64,000 bases of DNA from positions 288,001 to 352,000 of the forward strand of contig JBMNJG010000012.1 in NCBI GenBank assembly GCA_050951545.1. Direction: 5' to 3'. This document shows positions 12,026 through 22,930 of the stretch, one piece after another. The position numbers were made by a program, and so were the translations under genes. Each line of letters starts with the position of its first letter. The stretch's first letter is position 1. The DNA is from Limnochordia bacterium. GTDB taxonomy: Bacteria > Bacillota > Limnochordia > DTU080. The notes below the pieces were generated by a model. The model worked only from the letters and a program-made list of their open reading frames with translations. It did no database searches and was not told the origin of the DNA.

Positions 12026-13207
12026 TCAGCAGTCCGTAAGGGCTGCTACCCCAGGGAGGGTTTTGCCTTCCAGAAACTCTAGGCTGGCTCCACCGCCTGT
12101 GGAGACGTGGCTGATACGATCAGCTAGGCCAGCCTTTTCTACGGCTGAGGCCGAGTCACCTCCGCCGATGATTGTGGTGCCCGTGGAATTCGCCAACGCT
12201 GTCGCGACTGCATTGGTGCCTCCAGCGAAAGCCTCCATCTCAAAGACCCCCATCGGGCCGTTCCAGATGATCGTCTGTCCTCTCGCGATGGCCGCGACAA
12301 ACAGTTCGCGTGTCTTGGGCCCTATGTCAAGCGCCTGCCACCCGACGGGTATCTGCTCGACATCCACTACACGAGTCTTGGCGTCGGGGGCAAAACGATC
12401 AGCGATGACCGCATCCACTGGAAGCAGTAGATCCACCTGGCGCGCTTTGGCATCTTCCATTAGTTGGGCAGCAAGACCTACGCGCCCGGCATCCAAGAGG
12501 GAATCCCCTACCTCGAAGCCTTTGGCTTTGAGAAAGGTCCACCCCATCCCGCCGCCAATGATCAACACATCCACTTTGGAGAGCAGGTTCGTGATCACCC
12601 CGATTTTGTCTGACACCTTGGCGCCACCCAAGATGGCAATAAAGGGCCGCTCGGGACTGTGTAGGGCCTTTCCTAAGACAGCAATCTCTTTGGCTAGCAG
12701 ATGGCCAGCCGCGGCAGGGAGATGATGCGCTACTCCTTCGGTACTCGCGTGCGCCCGATGGGCTGCCCCAAAGGCATCATTGACGTAAACATCTCCGAGT
12801 CGGGCGAGAGAAAGGGCGAAATCCTGCTCGTTGTGCTCCTCTTCTCTGTGAAAGCGCAGGTTCTCAAGAAGCAGCACTTCCCCTGGACGTAGGGCCTTTG
12901 CTCTTGCCTCCACCTCCGGGCCCACACAGTCATGGGTCTTTTGCACAGGGCGTCCTAGGAGCACCTCCAGACGATCGCGGACACGATCTAACCGCAGGTT
13001 CTCGGTAACACCTTTGGGACGCCCCAGATGGGACATCAGCACAAGGCTGGCTCCGCGCTCCAGCAGATCGTTTAGTGTTGGCAACGAAGCTTTGATGCGA
13101 GTATCGTCCGCAATTCCACCCGTTTTATCAAGGGGTACGTTGAAATCCACCCGGACTAAGACACGTTCCCCTCGCACGTCCAGATCATTTATCGTTAGTT
13201 TGGCCAC
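12026..13207 (-). CDS. pgk: Phosphoglycerate kinase
   Basis: [31 protein letters not shown]. Confidence 0.99.
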   Translation of the reverse strand: MAKLTINDLDVRGERVLVRVDFNVPLDKTGGIADDTRIKASLPTLNDLLERGASLVLMSHLGRPKGVTENLRLDRVRDRLEVLLGRPVQKTHDCVGPEVEARAKALRPGEVLLLENLRFHREEEHNEQDFALSLARLGDVYVNDAFGAAHRAHASTEGVAHHLPAAAGHLLAKEIAVLGKALHSPERPFIAILGGAKVSDKIGVITNLLSKVDVLIIGGGMGWTFLKAKGFEVGDSLLDAGRVGLAAQLMEDAKARQVDLLLPVDAVIADRFAPDAKTRVVDVEQIPVGWQALDIGPKTRELFVAAIARGQTIIWNGPMGVFEMEAFAGGTNAVATALANSTGTTIIGGGDSASAVEKAGLADRISHVSTGGGASLEFLEGKTLPGVAALTDC

Positions 13208-13241
13208 CTATTCCCTCCTCCCCGGGCACTGCACGAGAGCA

Positions 13242-14243
13242 CTACCTGCTGTTCATATACTTGATGAGATCGATCACTCGCACCGAGTAGGCCCACTCGT
13301 TGTCGTACCAGCCGATCACCTTGGCGAGATTCCCATCCATGACGGTAGTGGTGGCTGAATCGACAATCGCCGAGCGAGCATCGCCGATGAAATCGACCGA
13401 AACCAACGGTTCATCTGACACGCCTAGAATCCCACTAAGTGCGCCAGTTGAAGCCTTACGGAAGGCTGCGTTGATCTCTTCACTTGTTGTATTCCTTCCC
13501 AGCTCGACCACAAGGTCGACCATGGAGACGTTAGGAGTAGGAATACGCATGGAGTAGCCATCCAGTTTGCCCTTCAGCTCCGGTAGCACGAGCCCGACAG
13601 CGAGTGCAGCTCCAGTAGTCGTCGGGATGATGCTCATGGCAGCTGCCCGGGCCCGTCGCAGATCATCATGCGGCAGGTCTAGGATGCGCTGGTCATTGGT
13701 GTAGGAGTGGATGGTGGTCATCAGCCCACGCTTGATCGAGAAGGTATCATGCAGCACCTTGGCCACTGGAGCAAGGCAGTTGGTGGTGCATGAGGCGTTG
13801 GACAGGATGTGATGCCGAGTAGGGTCATACTGATCATGGTTCACGCCCATCACAATGGTGATATCCTCACCCTTGGCTGGTGCGCTGATGATGACTTTCT
13901 TAGCTCCAGCATCCAGATGCAGCTGAGCCTTATCTCGGCTCCGGAAAAAGCCCGTCGATTCCACGACATAATCCACACCCAGACTACCCCACGGCAGGTC
14001 CGCTGGGTTTCGTTGGGCCATGACCTTGATTGGCTTGCCGTTGACGATGATGGCCTCTTCACTCGCTTTTACGTCACCCGGGAAGTGGCCGTGAACCGAG
14101 TCATACTTGAGAAGATGAGCTAGTGTCTTTGGACTCGTTAGGTCATTGACTGCCACAAACTCGATGTCACTGTCGTTGAAGGCTGAACGAAATACATTGC
14201 GTCCGATACGACCAAACCCGTTGATGCCGACACGAATACTCAT
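13242..14243 (-). CDS. gap: Type I glyceraldehyde-3-phosphate dehydrogenase
   Basis: [25 protein letters not shown]. Confidence 0.99.
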   Translation of the reverse strand: MSIRVGINGFGRIGRNVFRSAFNDSDIEFVAVNDLTSPKTLAHLLKYDSVHGHFPGDVKASEEAIIVNGKPIKVMAQRNPADLPWGSLGVDYVVESTGFFRSRDKAQLHLDAGAKKVIISAPAKGEDITIVMGVNHDQYDPTRHHILSNASCTTNCLAPVAKVLHDTFSIKRGLMTTIHSYTNDQRILDLPHDDLRRARAAAMSIIPTTTGAALAVGLVLPELKGKLDGYSMRIPTPNVSMVDLVVELGRNTTSEEINAAFRKASTGALSGILGVSDEPLVSVDFIGDARSAIVDSATTTVMDGNLAKVIGWYDNEWAYSVRVIDLIKYMNSR

Positions 14244-15286
14244 TGCATATCCTCCCCATCTGTGTCCTTGCTTAGTTCAAGCATGCGCCGGGCTGCACCC
14301 TCGTCGGTTATGTAGATGTCTTGGTGACCAGTCGACATCACAGCAAGCGCAGCCTCCGCCTTGCTTTGGCCTCCACCAACCGCGATAACCATGTCGACGC
14401 TGCGGAGATCATCCAGACTCAGCCCTACGCTCCTTGTCGTGTACACAATCTCTCCATGGCTGTCAAAGTAGTACCCGAGGGCCTCGCCTACAGCCTGCTT
14501 CTCCTCGAGATGTCGCTGTAGTTCGGGCGATAGGCCCCGCCGTCTGGCCATGTCGGCAGCTGTGCCTATGCCATGTAACACGACTCGCGCTGAGCGGATA
14601 CACTCCAGTAGCTGACGGATCTTCGGATCACAGGCTATAGACGCCATAGTCTCCTCTCCGAGATCATCCGGGACATGCAGCAGTCGGTAGTTGCCACCTA
14701 GCCTCTCTGCAATCCGAGCAGCAACGCTGTTAGCTTGCAGCTCAACCTCTTCACCCAGCCCGCCCCGCGCAGGCACCACCCACAGATCGCGGTCTCCATA
14801 TTGAGTGGGAAGGCTATTGGCAACTTCGGCCAGTGTCGTTCCGCCAGTGACCGCCAGCACATCGCCCTCTTTCAAGACTTCATCAAGCAGCCTCGCCGTC
14901 GCTCTGGCAATCTCTTTTTTCACCGTTTCGTCGCGATCTGCATCGCCGGGAACAACGACCACTTTCTTCAGCGTTAGTCGCTGTGTCAACAGCTCTTCTA
15001 GTTTCACCAGGTCGTGCAAATCCCTAATAACACTCTTCAAACCCAGCAACACGCTTTCGCCAGTTGCTGTGACGACCATTCCCGCGGGCTCAGTCTCAAT
15101 GAGCCCTGCCTCGCGCAGAAAGCCAATCTCTTTGCGCACCATACGCTCTGGCCAGGCCAATCGGGTAGCCAAAGCACGGCGACCTATCGGCTGCTGCATA
15201 AACACGTGTTGCAGCACGACGTGCCGCCGCTCGATTAACTCGGCCACTTCGGGTGCGATCTTACACAACATTTGGAGCCGATCCAT
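14240..15286 (-). CDS. cggR: Central glycolytic genes regulator (SorC family)
   Basis: [35 protein letters not shown]; first gene before gap. Confidence 0.93.
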   Translation of the reverse strand: MDRLQMLCKIAPEVAELIERRHVVLQHVFMQQPIGRRALATRLAWPERMVRKEIGFLREAGLIETEPAGMVVTATGESVLLGLKSVIRDLHDLVKLEELLTQRLTLKKVVVVPGDADRDETVKKEIARATARLLDEVLKEGDVLAVTGGTTLAEVANSLPTQYGDRDLWVVPARGGLGEEVELQANSVAARIAERLGGNYRLLHVPDDLGEETMASIACDPKIRQLLECIRSARVVLHGIGTAADMARRRGLSPELQRHLEEKQAVGEALGYYFDSHGEIVYTTRSVGLSLDDLRSVDMVIAVGGGQSKAEAALAVMSTGHQDIYITDEGAARRMLELSKDTDGEDMQ

Positions 15287-15340
15287 TCAGTACCGCTCCC
15301 GACTTGGTGATACATGTGCGGAAGGCGTACACGCCGCCAA

Positions 15341-15378
15341 GCTAATATCCGTCCCACCCGGGACAAAATCTAGACCGC
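15341..15378 (-). promoter_or_regulatory. Putative CggR operator
   Basis: CGGTCtagattTTGTCccggGTGGGACggatat loosely resembles the B. subtilis CGGGAC-N6-TGTC direct repeat and lies upstream of cggR. Confidence 0.45.
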
Positions 15379-15387
15379 CATGGCAGG

Positions 15388-15415
15388 ATTCTCCACCCTC
15401 CTGGCTCTATCCTGC
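15388..15415 (-). promoter_or_regulatory. Putative sigma-H promoter for the cggR-gap operon
   Basis: GCAGGA-18 nt-GAAT. Confidence 0.5.
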
Positions 15416-15439
15416 CGGACTGCCGAATATCATTCGGCT

Positions 15440-16354
15440 CTAGCGGTGATATTCTTCCCCATGAGACGTGTTTCTCTCCTCGGAATGCTCGAACCCCATT
15501 TCCATGGCCATAGTCAGTAGCTTCCGCAAGCGGTAGTTTACAGCTGATTTCGAGAGTCTCGGTTCCAGGCTCTCACCCAACTCTGCCAAAGTGGCGTAGG
15601 GCATAGCAAGCCTGGCTCGGGCCACAGTGCGCAGGCGGTATGGCAGGGCCTCAAGGCCTATCCTCTCGGTCAGGAAATCAATGGCCGCCAACTGGTGCAT
15701 ACTGGCAGTGACGGTTTTGTCGACATTGGCGGTTTCGGCGTTGACCAGGCGGTTGACGCGGTTCTTGACGCCTTTCATGACCCGGATGTTTTCCAGCTTG
15801 AGAAGAGCCTGATGCGCCCCCACCAGGCGTAGGAATTCGCATATATGATCCCCGTCTTTTAAGTAGACCACATAGCCCTGGCGCTTTGGTGCCAAACCGG
15901 CCGCGGTCAGACCTAGGCCCACGAACAGGGCCATGAGTCCTTGAGCTACCTCTAGCGATTTCGCAGAGATCTCCAAATGGTACATCCGATCGGGCGCAGC
16001 CATTGACCCATATGCTAGAAAAGCTCCGCGCAGATACGCTCTTTGGCAGCACCAGCGTTTCGGAAGAAGGCTTTCAGGGTCCTGATCCACGATTCCCGGA
16101 AAACGCGCCACACAGACGTGATAGCGGCGGGCCCGCCGTGAGCTATCTATTTTTAGCAGAGGTCTGCCTGCATTCTTCCCGTCGAGCAGTATGTACACTT
16201 TTCGGGCGCTTGCCGCATTACCGAGATTGATCTCTAGGCGCTGGGGTCCGCTGCTCATTCGAAGTGCCATTCCAGCTACTTCAGCAAGATGGCAACAGGT
16301 GGTTTCGGGAATGATGCGTGCCAACTCGTCACGCACACTGCTCGAGAAAGACAA
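15440..16354 (-). CDS. whiA: DNA-binding protein WhiA
   Basis: MSFSSSVRDEL, AYLRGAFLAYGS, YHLEI, NRLVNAETAN, SKSAVNYRLRKL. Confidence 0.95.
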   Translation of the reverse strand: MSFSSSVRDELARIIPETTCCHLAEVAGMALRMSSGPQRLEINLGNAASARKVYILLDGKNAGRPLLKIDSSRRARRYHVCVARFPGIVDQDPESLLPKRWCCQRAYLRGAFLAYGSMAAPDRMYHLEISAKSLEVAQGLMALFVGLGLTAAGLAPKRQGYVVYLKDGDHICEFLRLVGAHQALLKLENIRVMKGVKNRVNRLVNAETANVDKTVTASMHQLAAIDFLTERIGLEALPYRLRTVARARLAMPYATLAELGESLEPRLSKSAVNYRLRKLLTMAMEMGFEHSEERNTSHGEEYHR

Positions 16355-16382
16355 CGACTACAGCTCCCGCGATGAGTATTTC

Positions 16383-17711
16383 CTATTTGTGAAAGAGATG
16401 AGAAAGCGGCTGGGGTCTCTTTCCGCAGCGTACCAATTCCATGATAGCCTCAGCGAGCTTCTGGGGATGATGCCGCGCCAGGTCTGATTCATCAATGAGA
16501 GGACGCATAACAGGAGTTATACCCAGTTCCCGAATTTTGGCTGTGTCAGTCGCCACGGCGTGAGCTCCCCGGTTTTCATATCGCTTTGCTACGTGCTGGG
16601 GAATGGCTGCGCTGTTCAGCAGGCAGTAATGGATCAACCCAGGACCGCCATGCTCAAGAATGGCCCGAAGATGCTCGGAGGCGTCGAACCCATCGGTTTC
16701 ACCAGGTTGCGTCATGACATTGCATATGTAGACCTTGAGTGCAGCTGAAGCACGGATGCGGTCTGCTACGCTTTGCACGAGCAGATTTGGAATCACGCTT
16801 GTATACAGACTTCCCGGGCCTAGCAAGATGGCATCGGCTGCATCGATTGCTTCTAGCGCAGCGTTTACAGGCAAGGCGTCTGGTGGTTCGAGATAGACAC
16901 GCTCGATACGCTTCTTGTCCTGGGGTATGTGGCTCTCACCCCTAGCCTCGGTACCATCTTGATAGACTGCGCGCAAGATGACGGATTGGAGAGTACTAGG
17001 TAGTACTCTTCCGCGAATCGCCAGGACTTTTGACGACTGGCGCACTGCGTGCTCGAAGTCGCCGGCGATCTGATGCATGGCAGTAATGAACAGGTTACCG
17101 AAACTATGGCCCTCCAAACCGTGACCTGCGGAGAAGCGGTATTGAAAGAGGGCTTCCATCAATGGTTCGGTATCTGCAAGGGCAACCAGTGTGTTACGGA
17201 TATCACCCGGCGGTAGGGTACCGAAATCCTCACGCAGACGTCCCGAGCTACCGCCGTCATCAGCCATGGCCACGATAGCTGTGATATTGCTGGTATGCTC
17301 TTTCATGCCGCGTAAGAGAGTGGCTAGGCCTGTACCTCCACCAATGACAACCACATGCGGGCCCCGTCGTAGGTGACGACGTTCAAACATGATACTGGCA
17401 ACATCCTCGGCATCCTCCGGCGCTAACTCGCACAGTAGTGTGTGTACGGTCTGTCGGAAGCCCGTGGCCACCAAGAAGATGCCTAGCGCGATTAGAGTGC
17501 CTCCAAGCGTTACTGAGGCGTAGACGGGAAAACGTCCCGTGAAACTAAGCAGCCTGCGCGTGACGAGGCTCTCGAGCCCAGCTAAGATCTCGATGCCGAC
17601 AACAAGCCAGAGACCTCCGCTTATAAGCAAGATGCCTATGATCAGCAGCGCCATCCAACGTTTGACGCGCATGCCCGGGTACAACCATTTGAGAAAACGT
17701 GCCATCATCAA
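16383..17711 (-). CDS. yvcK: YvcK/GlmR gluconeogenesis and UDP-GlcNAc factor with N-terminal TM helices
   Basis: IGGGTGL, DDGGSSG, PPGDIRN, GPGSLYTS, NVMTQPGET; lies between rapZ and whiA. Confidence 0.93.
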   Translation of the reverse strand: MMMARFLKWLYPGMRVKRWMALLIIGILLISGGLWLVVGIEILAGLESLVTRRLLSFTGRFPVYASVTLGGTLIALGIFLVATGFRQTVHTLLCELAPEDAEDVASIMFERRHLRRGPHVVVIGGGTGLATLLRGMKEHTSNITAIVAMADDGGSSGRLREDFGTLPPGDIRNTLVALADTEPLMEALFQYRFSAGHGLEGHSFGNLFITAMHQIAGDFEHAVRQSSKVLAIRGRVLPSTLQSVILRAVYQDGTEARGESHIPQDKKRIERVYLEPPDALPVNAALEAIDAADAILLGPGSLYTSVIPNLLVQSVADRIRASAALKVYICNVMTQPGETDGFDASEHLRAILEHGGPGLIHYCLLNSAAIPQHVAKRYENRGAHAVATDTAKIRELGITPVMRPLIDESDLARHHPQKLAEAIMELVRCGKRPQPLSHLFHK

Positions 17712-17719
17712 TGACCTCG

Positions 17720-18619
17720 CTACGACATCACCCCATCAAAGGCGGGTCGCTCTTCATCTATGTCGCGGTGATCCACGCGACATTGGTAACCTTGTGCGCG
17801 CACATGCTCTGCTAGACGGTTTGCGATGGCTACGGAGCGATGCTGACCACCTGTGCAGCCAATGGCTAAGATAAAATGCGTCTTTCCTTCATTCACGAAC
17901 TGAGGAAGAAGGAAGGTGATTAGATCACATGTCTTCTCCATGAAGCGTTGCGTGATGGGCCAGCGGAAGACGTATTCTGTAACGCCAGGATCATTGCCAG
18001 TCAGCGCCTGGAGAGAAGCTACGTAGTGCGGATTCGGCAGAAATCGAACGTCTAAGACGATATCCGCATCAAGGGGAAGTCCATGTTTGAAGCCAAAAGA
18101 GATGACGTTCACTGTGAGCCGATCAGACTCATTAGTGCCAAACTCGCGGGCGATCTCAGCCTGCAACTGGCGTGGAGTGAGATTAGATGTGTTGATGATG
18201 CGGTGTGAACGCCCGCGCAACCCTTCCAGCCGTCGACGCTCCTGACGCAAAGCTTCAAGAATGCCACCTCCAGGGGTGAGCGGATGGCGTCGACGGGTCT
18301 CTTTGAAACGTCGGATGAGCACGTCATCACTGGCTTCAAGGTAAAGGATCTGGTAGGCAAAGCCAGTACACTCGAGTTCACCGAGTGCATCGGCAAGAGA
18401 ATCAAAGAACTCACCGCTGCGTACATCGCAAACGAGAGCAATGCGGTTAACCCCACCAGTGGACTGCGCACACAACTCAGCGAACTTGGGCACCAAGGCC
18501 GGGGGAATGTTGTCGACACAGAAATAGCCAAGATCCTCAAAACACCGGATGGCCTCGGATTTGCCCGCTCCAGAAAGCCCTGTGATAATGACAAACCGAA
18601 CGTCGCTACCCAAGCTCAC
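17720..18619 (-). CDS. rapZ: RNase adapter RapZ (YvcJ)
   Basis: TGLSGAGKS, ETRRRHPL, SFGFKHG, DVRFLPNP, GCTGGQHRSV. Confidence 0.96.
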   Translation of the reverse strand: MSLGSDVRFVIITGLSGAGKSEAIRCFEDLGYFCVDNIPPALVPKFAELCAQSTGGVNRIALVCDVRSGEFFDSLADALGELECTGFAYQILYLEASDDVLIRRFKETRRRHPLTPGGGILEALRQERRRLEGLRGRSHRIINTSNLTPRQLQAEIAREFGTNESDRLTVNVISFGFKHGLPLDADIVLDVRFLPNPHYVASLQALTGNDPGVTEYVFRWPITQRFMEKTCDLITFLLPQFVNEGKTHFILAIGCTGGQHRSVAIANRLAEHVRAQGYQCRVDHRDIDEERPAFDGVMS

Positions 18620-18720
18620 ACCTCGCGCGCAATGACGTGTGAACTGATTTCGCTTCCCCCGAGCCTATCCCTGCCCCAACATGGGCGTGAGAGCGTCTGC
18701 GGAGGTGGAATCATATGGTC

Positions 18721-19446
18721 CTACACTGAGTCGTCCATCGCGTTGAGCACCTGCTCAGCTTGTAGGCCCGCCCGCTCAACCAGATCCAGGCCATACTGCA
18801 GGTCACCAACTCGTTCTGGCGTGTGGGCGTCGCTGCCAATTGCCAAGCGTGCCCCCTCTTGCGCCACCAACTCCACATAACGTAAGCCAGTGTGGCGATG
18901 CCCGGTGTTTATCTCCAGCGCTGTGCCCGTAGCTGCACAGGCCCGGGCCAGTTCAGCGGTATCTATGGGGAGCCTTAGCCCCGGGTGAGTGACAATAGCG
19001 ATGCGATTACGGTAGACTGCCGAGACCAGAAGGTCCGTGTTGACCACGAGTGCCGACTTCTCACTCATATTTCCGAGCCCTACTTTCAATGCGTCCCACC
19101 ATGCATGTGGTCTAACCATGATATGCAGACCTGCCAAGATCAGATCGAAATCTCTCTGCATGGCAGGCGGGATATCCAGAAGTCCATCCTTTCCCACAAC
19201 GTTGGCCTCCACTGCTAGGAGCACCTGTAGGCCTGGCAACTGAGCGTTTGCTTGATCAACGTCTTTGCGGATGTGCTCGAAGGTATTGAGACTGGCCACT
19301 CCTACCCCGAAAAGACTGGCTGGTCCATGATCTGCGATCGCCACCTGTGACAGCCCCCGGGCTTGAGCGGCTAATGCGTTATCACATACGCTCCCTGAAC
19401 CATGGCTATAGAACGTGTGAGTGTGATAGTCGGCAAACAGGCGCAT
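18721..19446 (-). CDS. PHP-domain phosphatase (YcdX-like)
   Basis: DYHTHT, ADHGP, THPG, GSDAH metal-binding motifs. Confidence 0.88.
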   Translation of the reverse strand: MRLFADYHTHTFYSHGSGSVCDNALAAQARGLSQVAIADHGPASLFGVGVASLNTFEHIRKDVDQANAQLPGLQVLLAVEANVVGKDGLLDIPPAMQRDFDLILAGLHIMVRPHAWWDALKVGLGNMSEKSALVVNTDLLVSAVYRNRIAIVTHPGLRLPIDTAELARACAATGTALEINTGHRHTGLRYVELVAQEGARLAIGSDAHTPERVGDLQYGLDLVERAGLQAEQVLNAMDDSV

Positions 19447-19448
19447 GG

Positions 19449-21440
19449 TCAGGGTACCTTGGGTTCTTTGCGATCAAACTCCTCCACCCACAGACGCAGA
19501 AGCTCTGCCACACTCCAGGCCTGCGCGAAGCACCCACCCGGTCGGTAGGGGGGCTCACCGTCAAAGACTTCGGAGATATGCCCGAGACCAGCCTCGGCAA
19601 GCTGATCCAAGAGCGGAGCTATCATGTGCATGGCTACACCTTCCGTAGCAGGAGATTGCCCAAAGGCATACCGATAGGCACTGACGAAAGGTCCGATAAG
19701 CCAGGCCCAGACAGTCCCTCTGTGATAGGCGCTGTCTCGTGCCCACTGATCACCCTGGTACACTGGTTCATACAGCGCATCGCGATAGGACAAGGAGCGC
19801 AGCCCGACTGGCGTCAGCAAGTCCTCCCACACTCTCCTGACGATGAGGCGCGCTCTGTCTTCGCTGCACAGTGGATAGGGCAGGCTGAGGGCAAACAGCT
19901 GGTTGGGTCGCAAGCTGGAATCGATCTTCCCATCTTGGGTAATAACATCGGCAAGATAGCCTTGCTCCGGCAGCCAGAAGCTCGGTAGGAAGTGCATAGC
20001 GGTCAGCTCGGCCCGCTCTCGGCACGCAGCACTAAAAGCAGCATCCCACTCTCGACCGATCAAAGCTGCGCAGCGCAACGCGTTGTACCACAGAGCAGTG
20101 ACTTCTACTGGATAGCCCTGGCGGGGAGTGACTACCCAATCCCCAACTTTTGCATCCATCCAGGTTAGTTGGAGCCCCGGTGCATCTGCCCTCACTAATC
20201 CCCTTGCATCTACACCGATGCCGAACCTAGTTCCGCGCTGGTAACCTTTGATGATCGCCGTGATGGCGGGCCACAAGGGTTTCATGCCAGCCACATCACC
20301 CGTATAGCGCAAGTACTTGTAGCAGGCATAGATAAACCATAGCGATGCGTCGACAGTGTTATACTCCGGGGTCTCTGAGCTGTCCGGGAAGCGATTAGGA
20401 ATCAGCCCATCACTTTCGGCTTCTGCGAACGTGGTGAGCACTTCCAGAGCTTCGTCTGATCTGCCTGTAGCCAAGAGCAGTCCGGGAATGCAAATCATGG
20501 CATCTCTGCCCCAATCCGTGAACCAGGGGTACCCTGCGACTATGCTTGCACTGCCGCGGCGTTGGATAACGTACGCGTCTGCCGCTACCACGAGATTCGC
20601 TATCGCTCCGGTCGGGCGACCAGCTCGCTGCAGCAGTTTGACCTGGCGTGGAGTAACGCTTTCACAGCCCTGGAACATGGAAATCTTCACCGTGAGCGAT
20701 TCGGTGGGAGTGGCTTCGCTTGTCGCCACAAACCAGGCTTCGCCTCCGGTTTCGAGATCCGTAACGAACGTTCCAGGAACAAAGAGATCCTCTTCGTGGT
20801 CTAGGCCGCGAGAGGCTTCCACAGCATAGGTCACATTGTCATACCATGTCTCACCGGGCTCGAATGCTCCGGAAGAGGCCAGCCACAGTTCGGGTACGTC
20901 TTTTGTGGCCCGCAGGCGCGTCGCTAATGAGCCATGGTCTACTGTGAAACGCACCCCATGGCAGCGCTGTGTCGCGTGGTAGTGGCGAGCTGCCACAAAG
21001 GGTCTTAGCACCAAGCGGATTTTCGTAGGCGCTGTCAACAGGCGGTAGCCCACCATGACGGTGTTCTGCCCGTAATCCATGGCTATGCGCTTCTCCAGCA
21101 TCCATGATCTCGCCGCATAGATCCACGTAGGATTGGGGTACAAAGTGAACCGCTGCAGGAACTCGAAGCCTCTAGGATGGATACTGTCATCTCGGTAGGC
21201 GAAGGCACCCAGATGACAACTGTCCTCTCCTACCTGCACCTCCTCATGCAGCTGTGCGAGCAGCAGGTAGCGATCGGGGCCACCGGGTGCTGCAATCAGA
21301 AGCCCGTGGTAGCGGCGCGTGTTGATACCAGCTACCGTGCCAGAGGCGAAGCCCCCCAGACCGTTGGTGATCAACCATTCCGAGCTAGTGGAACTCTCAA
21401 GGTTGCAGGCTTTGCTTCCTGAAAGTGTTATTTGCCGCAC
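19449..21440 (-). CDS. Amylo-alpha-1,6-glucosidase / glycogen debranching enzyme (GDE_N + GDE_C)
   Basis: EWLITNGLGGFASGT, RRYHGLL, AGYPWFTDWGRD, LTWMDAK, AQAWSVAE. Confidence 0.92.
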   Translation of the reverse strand: MRQITLSGSKACNLESSTSSEWLITNGLGGFASGTVAGINTRRYHGLLIAAPGGPDRYLLLAQLHEEVQVGEDSCHLGAFAYRDDSIHPRGFEFLQRFTLYPNPTWIYAARSWMLEKRIAMDYGQNTVMVGYRLLTAPTKIRLVLRPFVAARHYHATQRCHGVRFTVDHGSLATRLRATKDVPELWLASSGAFEPGETWYDNVTYAVEASRGLDHEEDLFVPGTFVTDLETGGEAWFVATSEATPTESLTVKISMFQGCESVTPRQVKLLQRAGRPTGAIANLVVAADAYVIQRRGSASIVAGYPWFTDWGRDAMICIPGLLLATGRSDEALEVLTTFAEAESDGLIPNRFPDSSETPEYNTVDASLWFIYACYKYLRYTGDVAGMKPLWPAITAIIKGYQRGTRFGIGVDARGLVRADAPGLQLTWMDAKVGDWVVTPRQGYPVEVTALWYNALRCAALIGREWDAAFSAACRERAELTAMHFLPSFWLPEQGYLADVITQDGKIDSSLRPNQLFALSLPYPLCSEDRARLIVRRVWEDLLTPVGLRSLSYRDALYEPVYQGDQWARDSAYHRGTVWAWLIGPFVSAYRYAFGQSPATEGVAMHMIAPLLDQLAEAGLGHISEVFDGEPPYRPGGCFAQAWSVAELLRLWVEEFDRKEPKVP

Positions 21441-21496
21441 GCCATCTCCCCTATGCTAGCGTGGGCAAAAAGGCGACTGCAAATACAGCGGGTTCT

Positions 21497-22882
21497 TCAG
21501 GCGTGTATGGTCAGTCCTGCAATGCCATCCGCTGCCTCCATCAATGCTTCGCTAAGCGTCGGATGGGTGTGAATGGTCTGGGCTAGCTGATCAGCGCGTA
21601 GGCCGTACTCAATCGCCAGGGTAGCTTCTGAGATCAATGTTGCCGCTTGCGCACCGATAATGTGCACGCCCACGATGCGCTGGCTTTCACGATCGGCGAG
21701 AATCTTGACGAAACCTTCAGTCTCGCCCTCAGCGATGGCCTTCCCGTTGCCCATAAATGGGAACTTGGAGGATGAGATATCCATTCCCGCCTCTTTGCAC
21801 TGCTGGGTGGTCAAGCCAACCGAAGCCACTTCTGGAGAGGAGAAGATCGCAGAAGGTATCGCTTGGTAACTCATCTCTACCTCTTCTCCCATGATACGGT
21901 GAGCGGCAACAATCCCCTGTCGTGAAGCTACATGCGCCAGCTTCCAGGGCGTAGCAGCTACATCACCGATGGCATACACGCCAGGCGCAGTCGTAGCCAT
22001 AGTGGCGTCCACCATGATCTCCCCCTGGGCGTGAAGTTCAACGCCCACTCTGTCCAAGTTCAGTCCACTGGAGTTTGGACGACGGCCGATGGCTATCAGT
22101 ACCATGTCACAGGAGATCGATTGTCCTCCGGCGATGGCCACAGTCAGCTCATCATCTTTCTTTACGGCTTCGACCTTAGCACCCATCATTAGGTTAATAC
22201 CGCGACGTTTGAAGTAGCTTGACAGCTGTCGCGATATTTCGTAATCCACCATGGGCAAAAGAGCAGGCAAAGCTTCAATGATGGTAACCTTGGAGCCCAA
22301 CAAGCCAAAGATGGAGGCAAACTCGCACCCAATAACGCCACCGCCAATGATCGCTATACGTGCTGGCAACTGCTTGAGGCGAAGCACTTCGTCGGAGGTG
22401 ACCACCCGCACTCCGTCATAGGCGAAAGCAGGAACAACTATGGGTTTGCTGCCTGTGGCCACGATGACATTGTGGGCTGCGACCTCTACAGACCCACTCT
22501 CTTGTGCAACTCGTAGCAGATGCTGATCCGCAAATGCCGCGTGTCCGGAGATCACGTCTACTTTGCGCTTGCGTAACAGGAACTCGACGCCTTTGGCGAG
22601 ACGCTCAACCGTCGCTGCGCTGCGAGCACTCATTGCTGCGAAGTCTGGCTCCACGTTGTCGGCCCGAAACCCGAACGCCGCGCCATTGCCCGCCTGGTTA
22701 TAGGCTCGCGCACTAGCCACAAAGGCTTTGGTGGGAATGCAGCCCCTATTGAGACAGGTCCCCCCCAGTTGCGCTTTTTCCACCAAACAGACTCGAGCCC
22801 CCAACTGGGCGGCCCTAATCGCCGCAACATAGCCCCCTGGTCCGGCACCGATTACCGCTACATCGTAGGTGTTTTCTGACAT
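21497..22882 (-). CDS. lpdA: Dihydrolipoyl dehydrogenase
   Basis: GAGPGGYVAAI, GGTCLNRGCIP, HTHPTLSE. Confidence 0.95.
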   Translation of the reverse strand: MSENTYDVAVIGAGPGGYVAAIRAAQLGARVCLVEKAQLGGTCLNRGCIPTKAFVASARAYNQAGNGAAFGFRADNVEPDFAAMSARSAATVERLAKGVEFLLRKRKVDVISGHAAFADQHLLRVAQESGSVEVAAHNVIVATGSKPIVVPAFAYDGVRVVTSDEVLRLKQLPARIAIIGGGVIGCEFASIFGLLGSKVTIIEALPALLPMVDYEISRQLSSYFKRRGINLMMGAKVEAVKKDDELTVAIAGGQSISCDMVLIAIGRRPNSSGLNLDRVGVELHAQGEIMVDATMATTAPGVYAIGDVAATPWKLAHVASRQGIVAAHRIMGEEVEMSYQAIPSAIFSSPEVASVGLTTQQCKEAGMDISSSKFPFMGNGKAIAEGETEGFVKILADRESQRIVGVHIIGAQAATLISEATLAIEYGLRADQLAQTIHTHPTLSEALMEAADGIAGLTIHA

Positions 22883-22930
22883 GATCTTCTGCCCCTTTCC
22901 AGTAGACATCGCAGATGAGGCTGGTGAACC

